A DNA stretch of 63,943 nt, the filler included, from Reticulomyxa filosa (taxonomy: Eukaryota; Protista; Foraminifera), in the NCBI GenBank assembly GCA_000512085.1. It is 18 parts of 18 records of this genome, joined end to end, with 100 filler letters (N's around TTAATTAATTAA, not from the genome) between each part and the next. Parts side by side here need not be neighbours in the genome. Positions count along the whole stretch, not along the records: positions 50,114 to 52,569 come from ASPP01022229.1; positions 52,670 to 60,639 come from ASPP01005389.1; positions 60,740 to 62,765 come from ASPP01026714.1; positions 62,866 to 63,943 come from ASPP01013206.1; 14 more parts are not named here. One strand, given 5' to 3'. Numbering within the stretch: the stretch's first letter is position 1; each line of letters opens with the position of its first letter. The notes beneath the pieces are model-generated. The model made no database searches, was not told the origin of the DNA, and saw nothing but the letters and a program-made list of their open reading frames with translations. Both the position numbers and the translations under genes were made by a program. Of this stretch, positions 50,896 through 63,943 are shown piece by piece.

Positions 50896-52344
50896 TGTCC
50901 CTCCATTTCAGTGTGCCTGGTAAGAAAGGGTTCAAACGGAGGAGAAAAGATTGAGTGCAAAGGTTGGCTACTTCGACTGCAAAATGAAGCCATCGTTGGT
51001 ATATGAAATTGTGTTAGTAATACTGCAAGTCTTAACTACAGTTCTGACAATGTCAAGTGCAAGCAACGTGGCCAAAAAAAACTCAACATCAAACGATCAA
51101 ATATATTCAAACAATCAAGACTACATGGCTACATCATTGCCATCATTAAATAAGTTGTTCAACCACTCTGTCAGCCAAATGCAGAAATCAAAAACATGGA
51201 AGTGCGTGAAATTTCCACAATGCTTTGACAACTTAACAGAAATGTCAGTGCAATTGAAAAACGTTGGTATACGTATTACCAAAAGCACGTTAATGATCGC
51301 AATGCAGCTCAAGAAGAATGAATACATGAATATATTCCCAACTTCGAGCATATCATTGATGTTCTTCAAGCTAAAATATAGTCAACCAACAGAGAAAAAT
51401 CCAATAAAAAAAAATGTATATGAAAAAAGGGGGGTTTACGTATAGCAAAGAAAAAGTAAGGGAGAGAATGTATTGTACGTATGATGGATTTGATTTAAAA
51501 TGAGTTCTTTACAAAAACAAAAACATAGCATACGTGCGGGTATTGAAGTAGGGGTGGTGTAAGCGTACCACAATCAAATGGAGTGTGCAAATGGTTTAGA
51601 CATCCAGGAGTGCAGTTAAATTTAATTCATGGCTTGTGATAGATTCCCCCGTACTACAATTGACGAGCGCCGAATTTGGCTATCAATGACATATACAATC
51701 GCAGCAATTATGCCTTTCCAACGTATCGCGCTCCAAATAAGACAAATTGCAAGTCCAAGTCCAACGTCCACGTACAAGTTCTTAACATCCATGTGCGCAA
51801 CTTTGTCCCGACCACAAGTCTCTATTCACAAAGTCATAAGCCAATCATTTTTCAAATTTCAATGTTAGGTTCTTTTTTTTTTAAAATACTTTTTAAAACA
51901 AAACAAAAAAAATTTGTATATGTCGTACAATGCGCAAAAAAAGAAGCATGGACGACATGGACGACTTTGACAAATGGCCCAATTACAGGTGAAAATGTTG
52001 GTGGAAAGTCAGTCGTTATCATTGATCAGCACCTGCCTTATGTGGTAGAAGCGCTGTTGGCGCAAAGAGGATTTGTGCAACAACACAACTGACGAGCAAT
52101 CGAATTGCAAGTCAGTGGTGGTGACAAACCTTTTTTGTGCTGCAGAGTTACTTCCACAAGGCATGGTCTATCCGACAACATTTATGCCATCTCAACACAA
52201 GATGCTCTCATTGCACACTCGCCTACTCCACACACTGATCATTCTCTTGGAACATTGCAAGCAATTTGTGGAAAATATTTCGATATACTCCGAACACACT
52301 CAAATCAACAGCCAAATCAAAACGTGACCCATGTAGTCTTGTAA
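50896..52344 (+). pseudogene. Uncharacterised coding-like region interrupted by in-frame stops
   Basis: Frame 1 reads protein-like across stops at 51004, 51151, 51226, 51319 and 52090. ORFs 51676 and 52105 are in frame across a single TGA. Confidence 0.35.
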
Positions 52345-52669
52345 AGTTATTTTTTATTTTTGTCGTTGTAATAATAATAATATATGTTTTTGTTGTTGTA
52401 TAGATTGAATGAATGGAACAGCAATGGCGCAAATGGTTGGGCAAACAATTGAGGACATCAATATTTGAGGCTGTGTGATTAGTGTGAAATGAGAAACCGT
52501 ACTTGCAAAATATCAATAAAGGTATTATCTTGTGTTTTTTATTTATGTTCATCTTGTAAATATATAGTGNNNNNNNNNNNNNNNNNNNNNNNNNNNNNNN
52601 NNNNNNNNNNNNNTTAATTAATTAANNNNNNNNNNNNNNNNNNNNNNNNNNNNNNNNNNNNNNNNNNNN

Positions 52670-54284
52670 CCTGCGCTTCGGTCGTAGTTGCACCGTTTGC
52701 GTTTCCCACATTCACCTGATCTACCATCTCGATCTCAACTTTTTGATAATCACAAACAGCAAGTGATGGAAGAAGCAAATGCGCGCAACCCGAAAAACGG
52801 AGAAAAAAAAAAAAAAAAAAAAAAAATTTTAACTTTCAGTATCCGCTGAGGAGAGAGGTCTGCAGAATCGGATAGCATTATGTTTGGTTTGGGTCGGCGC
52901 AAGGCAAGTGTAGTATCAGTAATACCAAGCCACATTGCCAGTTTGGACTTTTGTGGACGCGTAATGCTCGACATAGTGGTCACGGACATTTTATATTGCG
53001 ACGCCACCACGGCAGCAGGCAAGATGTCGTTGACTTGCGGTATGGACGAGTCTACTTTTGGTGACGAGACAACAATAACGTCTTGTTTCCATTTGTTTGG
53101 GAAGAAAAAGAGCGACATGTTGGTCAAAGCAAGCGAGTCATTGCTTTCGTCCCAGTCATGTTCGCTGTGAGTGAGACACAAGCAACAGCAAGAGTTACAT
53201 GCCATCCCCAGTTCACAGCTGTTGTATATCTGTAGACATTTGGAAGATTGCAAGTGTTGTTGGAACAGTACGAACACGCCAATGTTGCAAATGAGCAAAT
53301 CCGTGTTCCACAAAAAAAGAGTGCTCCCAGACATTTTTAATGCCAATAGCACTCCGTTGCAGGACATTGTTGCGATTATTTGCACTATGCATACTCTCAA
53401 GTGACGATGTAGCTGCATTCGAGTTACCTCTACGTCACGTCGAAGCATACTTTCGAGAGTTTGTCTCATATTTTTTCCAAACCCCTTTTTTTTTAAGTTA
53501 TATATGCATATACATATATATTTATATGTATAGATACACACATACATAAACATATATCTTTTATTATTAAAAAAAAAAACTATTCAACTGCCCAAAATAT
53601 ATATATAAAAGCGGTCCCGTACATGGCATCTCCAATCACAAACACTATTGCAAATGCCCATAATGGCATGACGTCGCCGCACGTGCTGCTGTTTGTGTCA
53701 AAGCGCCCCCCAGCGAATATCGCGGCAATAGTACATGAACAAATACAATGGACACCCTACATAGTGTTTCATTGTTCATTTTGGGATCAAGCTTTGAAGT
53801 GAGTAGATGAGATGAGATTAGAGAAGAGGAGGGAAGGAGAAGAAGATCAAAACAAACAAAAAAAAGCTTACCAAGACATATGGTGATGTGTTAACAAAGT
53901 TGGCTAGACTTGGATGCAAGGTACACATGACCAAACGTCCGCGAATTACAAAAAAAACCAAATGCAAAATTTTGTAAACAATTGCAACACGAGTGCCACT
54001 TTTGTCATATATTTGCACATATTGTTCAGTGTGTGCGTTCTCAGGTATAGTGGATACACTCCATCTTGTTGCGGAACATATCTCTGACGCGTCCAACAAA
54101 AATACTCGATCACCATAAATAAACATGAACTCAATGCTGACAATACCAATGACACTGTAAACACTCGAGACGCTCCTGGGAAATCACTACATCTTTTGTA
54201 CCGTAAATGACAAGCTTCGAACAACCATATAAACAGCAAAAACAGGTTGAAAAAACCAATAATTGTTTCAAGAAATGGTTCCAT
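52670..54284 (-). CDS. Multi-pass (possibly 7TM/GPCR-like) membrane protein, multi-exon, 3'-truncated
   Basis: Several hydrophobic helices in ORFs 53946-54284 and 52750-53553, then a Cys cluster (CNSCCCLC) and an S/T-rich tail. Confidence 0.5.
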
Positions 54285-54530
54285 AATCTAAAAAGACAGC
54301 ATTTGAAACACTCATCTTTTGGCAATTTTTTCCCCTCCTCGAAGTCGTCGAGGGACGAAACACCAAGTTCTTTTTAAGTTTGGAAAATATAAATTGCATC
54401 ATGCAACAATTGCGAATCCAAAAAATATAGATGAATATATGTTGAAGACCTCCGTTTTATTAATTAATATTACTTTGGAAGTAAGCTGAACAATCTCAAA
54501 AAAAAAGAACGACAAGTTACATAATGGGTT

Positions 54531-55047
54531 TTAATTTGGAATTTTAAGTTTGCCAAGATCAACATTGCAGTCATACGCACCTTTAGGACACACCCGATCC
54601 ATGATTTGATTATATTTGTTTGTGTTTCTTGGGCTGTATAAACCACGGCTAAACATACGATCTAGTACGTACGTATTGAATAAATAATTTAGTGTCATAA
54701 ATATCATTAAAAGCATCAATAACCGGACGAGTGAGAACTTCAACTGTAGAAATTTGTTGTTTTTGTTTTGACTGGTTTTATACTTCCTCTTGTATTTATT
54801 CATTTTCATTGTCCTCCTCTTTCAATTGCATTTATTCTCACATAACAGTAAACCACCACTCTGCGTCCATTTCTCGTTCTTCTTGTCTCGACAACTTTGG
54901 CGATTGTGCATTTGAAGAGAGTGTCTTCTGAACATTTACGTTTGCCTTTGTGTCAGGAACAGTTCCCAAAGACGATACATTTTTGTCTTGGCTATTCTTA
55001 GCTGAAGAGAGAGCAGTTTTACGCAAATGCAAATCTTGCTCTTGCAT
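54531..55047 (-). CDS. Small hypothetical single-pass membrane protein
   Basis: Two adjacent ATG-started ORFs, one with the hydrophobic stretch LVRLLMLLMIFMTLNYLF. Confidence 0.3.
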
Positions 55048-55439
55048 AGTCGTTATTAACGAGTTTTTTTTAAATGTGAGCTTTGTTCAACAGAAAACTC
55101 GACCATTAACGCGTTATTTTTGTTTGACATAAAATAAAAATGTACAGTAAAAAACATTTGTCTATTGCTATGCTATATGTTAAAACTTGTGCAAATGCAA
55201 ATATATATGTATTTTTTTTGTAAAATCAAAAAATAATATAATCAAACTTACAAAATTGTGAATATTGACACAATTCAATTTTGGCAAACTTGAAATACTA
55301 CTCAAAGAAAAAAAGAACATAAACAATCTCAATGTTGTGCAGGTCTATCCAACAGAGGCGTAAAAGAGGCTTTATGATTAAGAAAGTTTCAATTGAGAAT
55401 TTGCTAACTTATCCATACAGTCCCCACAAAGTCTCTTCC

Positions 55440-57623
55440 TTGTATTCCCAACGGGCACTAATCCATAAGCTTTTTCTGCCAACGGTACTCTGTATTTACA
55501 CACAAAGATTCGCAAAAACAATAGAGAATGTTTGAATACAAAAACATTGTAAATTTCATAACTTGCATTGATCGCACCAAAAACACTCCAAATGAAACAA
55601 TTCGCCAGAAGGGGTTTGAACGCCTTTTCCATCAATTGTTTCCTTGCATCGTGCACATAATTTGGAATTGGTGTCATTGTCTTCTCCATTGGAGGATTGC
55701 GACGGTCTTTTTTGACTCAACAGAGATCGACTACTACTTTTCCATATTTTATTTGTGTGGCGTTCGACTTTTTTGTTTTCTTGTTCGGCGGACGTGACAT
55801 CAAGATTATTTTGTTTTTCTGCACAAGTGACACAGCATTGTATTGTCGTGCCATTGCTTTTTTTCACTGTTGAATAATTTATTCCAATCAACAACTTCCT
55901 GTAACAAAACATCATATGCACGTGCGTGCACGCAACTTAACAAAAGATACTTAGAAGAAAGGAAGGGAGAAGGGAAACAGAATTGTCTGTTCACATTACA
56001 AGAAAGCATAACTTGCACATATCGCAGGTGAAACACTTACGATGATATAACGCTCCGCTCGCGGATTTGAAAGCTCTTCCGTCAATAATTTCTTGGCATT
56101 TCATGCATTGACGGGCCGATTTCTGTGATATTGCATATTTGGATTGCAATAAAAAAATGTATTTTATTTTTTGAAAAATGCTCATTGTTTTTCTCCTCGT
56201 GGCCCCAGGTGCCTCCTCCCTCTCTTGTCGTAGTGTGTTAACATGGTCAATGACAGTCATGGCCTTCTTCATCGTCGCAAGCTCGTTTCTCATTCGACTG
56301 ATTTCTTCATCTTCCGATTCTTCGACTACTATGGATGTGCATTTCAATTTCCTCATTGGTTTTTGTTTTGTTTTGTTTTGTTTTCGAGGAGGGGGGGGGG
56401 AAAAAAAACCAATTTATTCACCAAACTTTTCTCTGTGAAGGCGTGGCTTTACTTTGGGATAGCCCGGTCTCTGGTTTGCGCGTGGTGTCTTTTCCCTGTT
56501 GCGATTCTAGTTGTTGTCGCAATTTGGCATTTTCTTTTTTTAAAGAGTCGATTTCCTAATCATGTCACAAGTCAAACTGAAGTTGTGACTACCACACAAA
56601 CACACAGAATAAAATAAAACTTTGATAAGATCTTCTTGTTTAATCAATGAGTGAGTCGACTGATTGCTTTTTTGAGATATGTTTTGCTTCATTTCGCCTT
56701 TCAACAAGCGAATGGTTTCTTGCAGTTTTGCATTTTCGTCTCGCAAGGCTTGGTTTTCGTCTGCGAGTGGTTTCATCTTTTGCAACTTGCTTTCCAAATC
56801 ACGATTTTTTTGGCGAAGTCCATTCTTTATGTTTTTTCGAAATATGGGAATAAGGAAGGGAGGAGGGGGGGGGGTAACAATCAAAAAAATGTTCAAAAAC
56901 AAATGTTGACTAACCTCAGCTTCGTCGCGATGAAGTAACTCCTCTTTGAGATTTTCTGTCGTCACAGTCAACTTTTCATATTCTTTGCGTACTTCGTCCA
57001 GTTCGACAGACAATTGATCATTTTGAGCACGCAGTTGTGCGTTATTATTTTTCAATTGAGACAGCGGGGGGACGATATCTTCTTCTAAAAACTCTTTCAC
57101 AGACATGTATCGTTCATGGAATGTCGGCGGTGCAACAATAGTGGTTTCATTATCAATGGGGGTCCCACTTTCCTCTTCTTTCACACTATCCATACTTTGA
57201 CTCGTGTTAAAAGAAGATGGTCCCGACTTTGTCTTGATCAATTTGACTTCATTGGCTTGCTTCTTCCCGGCCGAAGGGGAGACTCTCTTTTTATCGCGCG
57301 TCCTTATTTTGAGTTTACTATTCCCATTTGTATTGATATTCAACTTCATGTCCTCTGCCACTTGGCTTGCCCGACGCTCTCTCTACATGTGTTTACAATT
57401 GGCATGCACAAAGGTCAATGCAATGTTTGATGAGGGGCAACACAGAGCCAGTTGTTTGCAATGTTGTCTTCACCTCAATAAACATTTCATAGAGATTGTT
57501 TGGTTCCAAGCTGGATGGCGCCGGGTCCGTCCATGACATGAATTCGGCTCTGTCTTGGCCGTCGGGGGTACTTGCTGCACTTTTCAGCTCTGAGAATTTA
57601 TTTCGATGTTTTTCACTGTTCAT
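55440..57623 (-). CDS. Coiled-coil + LIM-domain protein (may be the C-terminus of the RhoGEF gene)
   Basis: LIM patterns CMKCQEIIDG...YHRKCFTCDMC and CARCKETIDG...FHLECFWCDQC; heptad-rich exons at 56650-57100. Confidence 0.8.
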
Positions 57624-57807
57624 CTCACATCCAACATATTACATTTTAATAGTAATTCTGATGATTCAGCAAATGCGTTGCCATTAGTTGTGAAAAGAGA
57701 GAAACACATGTACATAGATTTATGTATTTATTTATTCATATGTCATTGATGCGTATATTTTATATTATGTCCTCGAATTTTACTTTTTTTGATGGTCTTA
57801 ACTAACA

Positions 57808-59804
57808 ACTATCGCACACGCGAACTAGACTGCTTTTGTTTGCCGTAGTGGATGATGTCCTTTCGGGCAATCGTTGAGTGGAGCACTTTCCACATACTAA
57901 AAAGCCACTGTTGTTTTGTTTATTTGGGTGTGTGTGTGTGTGTTTGTCAAAAGCTGTTTTGTTTGGAAGGAGGTTTTACCAGTAATAGCAATGGTGTCGT
58001 CTTTCCATAAACGTGAATTTCACCTGGCACGTTTCCATCATACAAGAAGAAGAAAAGTCATCTGGGACAAACAATGGAGCGGCAATCAAATCCGGATTTG
58101 GCCGAGCTCTAGCTTTGAAATCATTTTTCTATTTTGGCAAAGAACAATATTTTCATATATTACATGGACCAAAAAAAAAAAAAAAAAAATGCTTCCGCGA
58201 TTTGTTTAGTTTGCTCTCTCTCTTCTTTCAAACATACCAGCTTTGTCATTGCTTCAATCCACATTTTTTTAATTTCTTCTTCTTCAGTATATGCGTAAAA
58301 GGACTCAACAGATGAATGAATCTTTGTTTTTATAAAAAAAAAAAAAAAAAACAAGCGAACGCAATGAATCAATCGTTGCCTTTCAAAACAGCATTTAAAT
58401 TAAGTAAACTTCAAAAATGTGGCCAAATTCGGTTTGTGGTTTTGGCTGTGGTTCTCGAACATCAAATGCAGAGTCAATTGGTAACAAATTTTGATATTTC
58501 AAATTCCCCACAAATGTTTGTGAGCCATAGACTAAGCAATCGGTGAATAAGAAAAACACATAATCTCTGTCATCCCTACGTTCAATTTTGCACAAGCTTC
58601 CTTCCATTACAAATCTCCGTGCCGGCGCGAGTAAAACAATTGAACCACCAAAGCGATCTTCAACAGCCTTCACTTGTTCACGGCGACTATTTTCCTTTAT
58701 CCTCTCGTTCACTGTTGTGGATACCTTTCGACGTCATTCACAAAGAATTAAATACACATCACACACATATACTAAATACGCGCCATGTGTACGTAACGTG
58801 TACATGTCCTTATTTGAAATACAGACTAAAGGAAGGGAAAGAGAGAAGGGGAAAAAACAAGTCAACAAAATCACAACTTCTTTGATTTTTTCTAACGCTT
58901 CTTGCAATGGTTGCAAGTCAGGATGAGATACTTCTGTGTTCTTGACTATCTCTTCCAATAGTATTTTGTAGCGAGGGATTCTTTGGATCGGCAATATCAG
59001 CAAACTGATTGGTTGTCATTTGGTTGTTGTTGTTGTTTTTTTTTTGTGTAATACGACAAAAAAAAAAATTTTTTTTAGTTACCTCTCTAGAGTTAAGTTA
59101 TCACAATATTTCCTGGCTTTTTGTAAAAATTCGATGAACTATGTTCCAACATAAAAAAATTCCATCGGTCCATGCCCCTCCCCAAAAAAAAAAACACAAA
59201 ACAAAAAATAAAAATTCGGCTTTCTTCTTCATTCTGTTCAATGCCAATAAAGATCAAAAGTATAAATCTATGTACACGCACAACACTTACGGCTGAGTTT
59301 TGTTGTAGCTTTTTCAATCGCGTAGTGGCCTTCTCGTGATTATTGCAGTAGCTATTTGCACACACAAGCCCTGGTGTTCTCAAAAAAAAAAAAAAAAGCG
59401 GAGGAATACGGATAATATTGTCTTTTTCTTAACTTTTGGTACATTTTGAAATATGGTGTGAAGTTGAGAATTACTTCCCCGATTTTTGTATTGGCATTGT
59501 CAAAGTCGATCATCAACTTCTCTAATTCGTCCAAAAATACTCGATTACAGTTTTTGATAGAGTGAATGTCTAATGGAAATAGAACTGCATGATCCTCTTC
59601 GCTTATGATGTTGGATAAAGGCAGGGCTTGGACATAGTATTCAATCAATTTTGTCATTAACTCTACATATTTACGCTCCGTTGCTACCAATTCTTTTATT
59701 GCCTAGTTTGATTTTGTTTCTGTGATTGAGAAGTTCATGTACTATTTTTATATTTTTTTTCCCACAGTTGTGCACTAAAAGACAGACAGACCATTGCGCG
59801 GCAT
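57808..59804 (-). CDS. FGD/frabin-type RhoGEF (DH-PH-FYVE)
   Basis: DH: ELVATERKYV, YFKMYQ, LILPIQRIPRYKILL. PH: RRFVMEGSL, FFLFTDCLVY, KKMWIEAM. FYVE: APLFVPDD...CQVKFTFMERRHHC / VCGKCS...VRVCDSC. Confidence 0.92.
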
Positions 59805-60739
59805 GTTGCTCTTTTTTCTATACTAAAAATGCACAACAAAAAACACACGTAATAACAACATGTTGTTGGTGGATGTGCTAAAAATCAAAACTAACTCGGA
59901 CATTTGAAGGGTCACTAAAACTCGATAGTTTTTTTGAAATGTCTCGACAAACAATTCTTTTGGGCTACGTTTCTTGACGAAAATCAAACAAGTGCTGAAA
60001 AATGCGTTTGAAGGCCCAAAACTAATCAAAGTCTAATTGTTGATGTTTAACTCTTGTGTAACTACTAATTGAGAGGCTAACAAAAAAGGACAAAATAACT
60101 AATTTATACCAAACTCAAAGTTAAAAAAATCGTAATATTCAACTGTAGGGTAGGATATGCTTTTTGATTGTTTGGGTAATCTTGTAACACTTTGTTTAAC
60201 AATTGTTTTTCTTTTTTATATGCTACAACTGTTGAACGCTCTTTGGAGAGCTTATGCATCAAACGAAATAATAATCGAACGTATAACTTTATTTATACGT
60301 TTGTTTTTGGAAAGGATAACGTATAAATATTAATTCGACAGTATTTTCAAAGTCAACGCACAACGATTTTTAAAAAATACATAAAATCTTTTAAGATCAT
60401 TTCGGGAAACTAAAATGGTTACTTTAGAAAATGTTGCGAAAATTTCATTAAAACTTTGTGATTCGAAAAGACTTAATTTAAAAGAAATCCATGAGCCACT
60501 TCATTTGGCAACATGGCTTTCAAAAAAATGTCGTAAATTCATTTACACACTTCACTCACACCAAAAAGTTTTAGTTGTCATTATCATCGCCAGCATTATC
60601 ACCTCCCACATCATCAGTTGGCTGTTCACTCAAAACATCNNNNNNNNNNNNNNNNNNNNNNNNNNNNNNNNNNNNNNNNNNNNTTAATTAATTAANNNNN
60701 NNNNNNNNNNNNNNNNNNNNNNNNNNNNNNNNNNNNNNN

Positions 60740-61221
60740 TTATTGTTATTGTTATTGTTATTGTTATTGTTATTGTTGTTGTTGCTATTGTTATTGCTGT
60801 TGTTGCTGTTATTGTTATTGTTGTTGCTGTTGTTGTTGCTGTTGTTATTGCTGTTGTTGATGGAAAATAGGCTGTTATTGTTACTGGAGAGCACCGAACT
60901 GCCAGTAGCAGCCGTTTGGTTTATGGACCAACCGCTACCTATTGAGGGGTTGTTGATCGTGTTCATGCCCATGCCGCCGGAACCGTACGCGAAATAGGGT
61001 GCCTGAAATGCAAAAGGGTCCGGTCGATAATACGGCTCCTTCACATTTCCACTTTCCGGATTCAGTGATGGCAACGATTGCGTGTGGAGCGATCTTAACA
61101 CGTCCACTTTTACACTCAGTACAATTGACGTTCTGTGCGCTTCCGAAAGACTGTTTACATCCACTTGTATTACTGAAGGCGTGTCCAAAGTGGAAGAATT
61201 GATATGAGAATCATATAACAT
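60740..61221 (-). CDS. Hypothetical Asn-rich protein, 3'-truncated
   Basis: ATG-started ORF running into an (AAC/AAT)n tract at the contig edge. Confidence 0.55.
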
Positions 61222-61592
61222 GATCGACCAGGTATATTCAAAATTTCAAAATTTGAAATAAATATTATTACTATTTTTTTTTGTACTAAGTGAAACGTTC
61301 ACTACTTTTTCACTGCAAAACTTTTTTTGTATCATCACGCATAGCAAGTTTAATATTATCGTCCGATCTGATATGGCAATTTGTTAACTATTGAAAACGG
61401 CTTTTTTGATACAAAAGATATATTGTTTTCAATTTCGAATACAAATCATTACATTTATCTTTGATTATGCTATATTTTTCATCAATGCTTTTGTTTTCTT
61501 TCTTTAATTTCTTATTGCTTCACTACTTTTGTAAATGGGCGTGTTGTTTCTAACGAAAAACTCTACGTAACTACATAATACAATAAAAACCT

Positions 61593-61922
61593 ATGACAAC
61601 AGCTCTAAAGTCGGATAATGATGTGGAAGTGGAAGTGAGAAATGAAAACCATGCGTTGGCTAATAATCAGGAAACGGCACACTTGACTATCGACACAGTT
61701 GGAAACCCGGCCGAATTTTCGGACTATTTATGCCCAAGCATATGGGGTATTGCCTGTTGTTTTATATGTGGTATTCCAGCGTTTTTGAATGTGCAGGCAG
61801 CTACAGAGGCATATTGGATTGGTGACTACAACCTTGCTAAAATCTACAGCCAGAGAGCAAGAAATCTGATCCTTCTAGCGGTCATTTGCGGTTTAATTTT
61901 TGCTTTAATATACTTGGTCTAA
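61593..61922 (+). CDS. CD225/dispanin (IFITM-like) membrane protein
   Basis: DYLCPSIWGIACCFICGIPAF...GDYNLAKIYSQRARNL plus a C-terminal TM helix: canonical CD225 pattern in a complete intronless 109-aa ORF. Confidence 0.85.
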   Translation: MTTALKSDNDVEVEVRNENHALANNQETAHLTIDTVGNPAEFSDYLCPSIWGIACCFICGIPAFLNVQAATEAYWIGDYNLAKIYSQRARNLILLAVICGLIFALIYLV

Positions 61923-63186
61923 AATTGAACGAAAAAAATTTTAAATTTAGAATAATTAAGTTTTAGGAAGTAATTCAACGTGGGTTTGTCACCATCTTTT
62001 AATTTTTTTTCTTAAGTTTTTACTGTCGCCTTTTGTGCTGACTTTTGAAAAAGACAACACTATTTTCTTTGCCAAACCAAACAATTTTCTTGTTTTTTAA
62101 TATTTTCACACTGAAGTTGTCAAAAGACTTCAAAAAAAAGACTTTTTTTTTTGAATTGCTTGGTCTCCCTCTTGCAAGTCAAAAAAAAAGGTGGAAAAAC
62201 ACACCCCCATGAATCAAATGAAAACTTTGCAATTAGTGGCAAACAATCTTGTTAGAACAAAGCGCTCTCTAAAACAACAAAAATTATTTTTCTTTTCAAA
62301 AGTTGGACAAGTATTTGTCTCTTTTCAGCTGTGCCTAACCGAATTACAAATACTGTAGGTTTAAAAAAGGGTGGAAACCAAAAGAAAAATTAGGCTATCA
62401 CATCAAATATTTCCGTCCCAAAACGAAAAAAAAAAAGACATAAAACTAAAAAAAAAACCAAAACAAAATTAAACAACATGCACACAAAACAGAAAAACCA
62501 AAATCAAAAATTGCATTATTTTCAAATGGTATACTTTTCTCACAAAGTGCATTCTGAGCCCATAAAACCGTATTTCTATATAAGTTTTTTTTTTTGATCC
62601 ATCGATAGTCTCACAAGCTGCTACAAGAATGTCCATCTTGTCCAGTGTAAGAGCTTACTCGTGATTTCAATTGAGTATTGCACAAACCGTTGAATCAAAA
62701 AAAAAAAGGGGAAAAAAAAAGTCACAAGAAAGTCGATGTGGAAAAGAAAATACATAATTCCCTCCNNNNNNNNNNNNNNNNNNNNNNNNNNNNNNNNNNN
62801 NNNNNNNNNTTAATTAATTAANNNNNNNNNNNNNNNNNNNNNNNNNNNNNNNNNNNNNNNNNNNNTTTTTTAGTCCGTCTAATTTATTTATTTATTTTGA
62901 GATTTTAAGATTAATTTTAGCAAACGAGCAAATGCTTATGTAGCTTTTTTTTTTCAAGTTTAAACAATAATATACTCAACAAAGAAGAAAACAAAAAATA
63001 CAAAACCTCGAAAATAACCAAATTTAAAAAAAAAAAAAAAAAAAACTAGGTTTTTTTACAACAACAAAGTTAATGAGAGACAATAGAACAAAAAAAAAAA
63101 ATAAAAAAAATAAAAATAAAAACTATGAGTCCAATGTCACAAAAAAAAATAAAAAAAAAATTAAAAAAAAAAAGGAGAGAAGGCGT

Positions 63187-63880
63187 TCACACAAAATCTT
63201 TGGAGTATGTGAGTCCTTCAGGGCTTTTCTGGAATCTAAGGAACGAGTCACCTCGCAACAAATGGAGAACATCAATAGTAGCAGCATCAAAAGCAGTAAT
63301 CAGGGATGGCAACATATCAAGCGAAGGGTATTGATGCAATTGGGACATAGCTCGCTGAATAGAGGCAGTAGAATCGAAAGAGATGTTTAAGCAAGCCACA
63401 GATGTGTCCAAAATGTAATGAGAATAAAGATAAGCAAACATATTCAAGCAAATTTGCCACGCTGATGATATCGGAATATTCACTCGCAGTAAACACGGAT
63501 GCAAATTCTCAACGATTAAGGATGAGCAAATTTCTACACGAAAGCCAACAGCTCGTACGTCATTATACTGCAATAGATGTGATTGATGAATGGAAATAAA
63601 GTGTTTCAACTGCATGTACTCGATCAAATATAAAATGTTTTCAAGCGACAGCTCTTTCACCAAATGTGCAGCAAACAATTCAAGCCCACTTTTGCTCATT
63701 AGCACCCTTTCCAATGTCAGCTGCCGGTTAAAACCACTCACGATTTCTTCCTGTTTACTGCTTGCTCTCAGTCGCATGTTGCTCAATTGCGATATTGCAT
63801 TCGCTCCCAGCATGGGATATCTTTGCAATAGCTCGTGTTCCATTTGATAGCGTCTACGTATACGATAGACTTCATACTCT
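63187..63880 (-). CDS. RGS (regulator of G-protein signalling) domain, C-terminal exon
   Basis: LERVL...GLELFAAHLVKELSLENILY, LYSHYI...LNIS and AFDAA...LLRGDSFLRFQKS. Confidence 0.88.
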
Positions 63881-63900
63881 TTTCCAAAAACAAAACAGTC

Positions 63901-63933
<33 letters not shown>

Positions 63934-63943
63934 GAAAAAAAAA

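Overview
AT-rich eukaryotic DNA made of 18 unrelated draft contigs joined by 17 artificial 100-bp linkers (N44-TTAATTAATTAA-N44), so gene order means something only within a contig. Genes have GT-AG introns rich in poly-T/A and (TA)n, and many encode N/S/Q homopolymers. A one-residue insertion at the polyubiquitin monomer junction, together with the gene families present, points to a rhizarian, probably a foraminiferan (Reticulomyxa-like; inference). Recognisable genes: a NACHT-tail/pentapeptide/16xWD40 NLR-like protein, EHD, WS/DGAT, a nucleotide-sugar transporter, HACD/PTPLA, a degenerate AlkB-like protein, a C2H2 zinc-finger protein, a kelch protein, a sulfotransferase, a USP deubiquitinase, a GNAT, a DH-PH-FYVE RhoGEF followed by LIM domains, CD225/dispanin and an RGS domain. 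Top observations: (1) two paralogues of an apparent CUE-CUE-PUB-PH-like-Ubl-like-ART-UBA protein, i.e. a candidate ubiquitin/p97-coupled ADP-ribosyltransferase, lying next to kelch and U-box sequences; (2) a family of TA-flanked, CAGT/CAAT-ended MITE-like inverted-repeat elements on four contigs; (3) a polyubiquitin pseudogene dominated by G:C>T:A lesions, some shared by both monomers. All calls come from motif recognition by eye, and exon boundaries are approximate.
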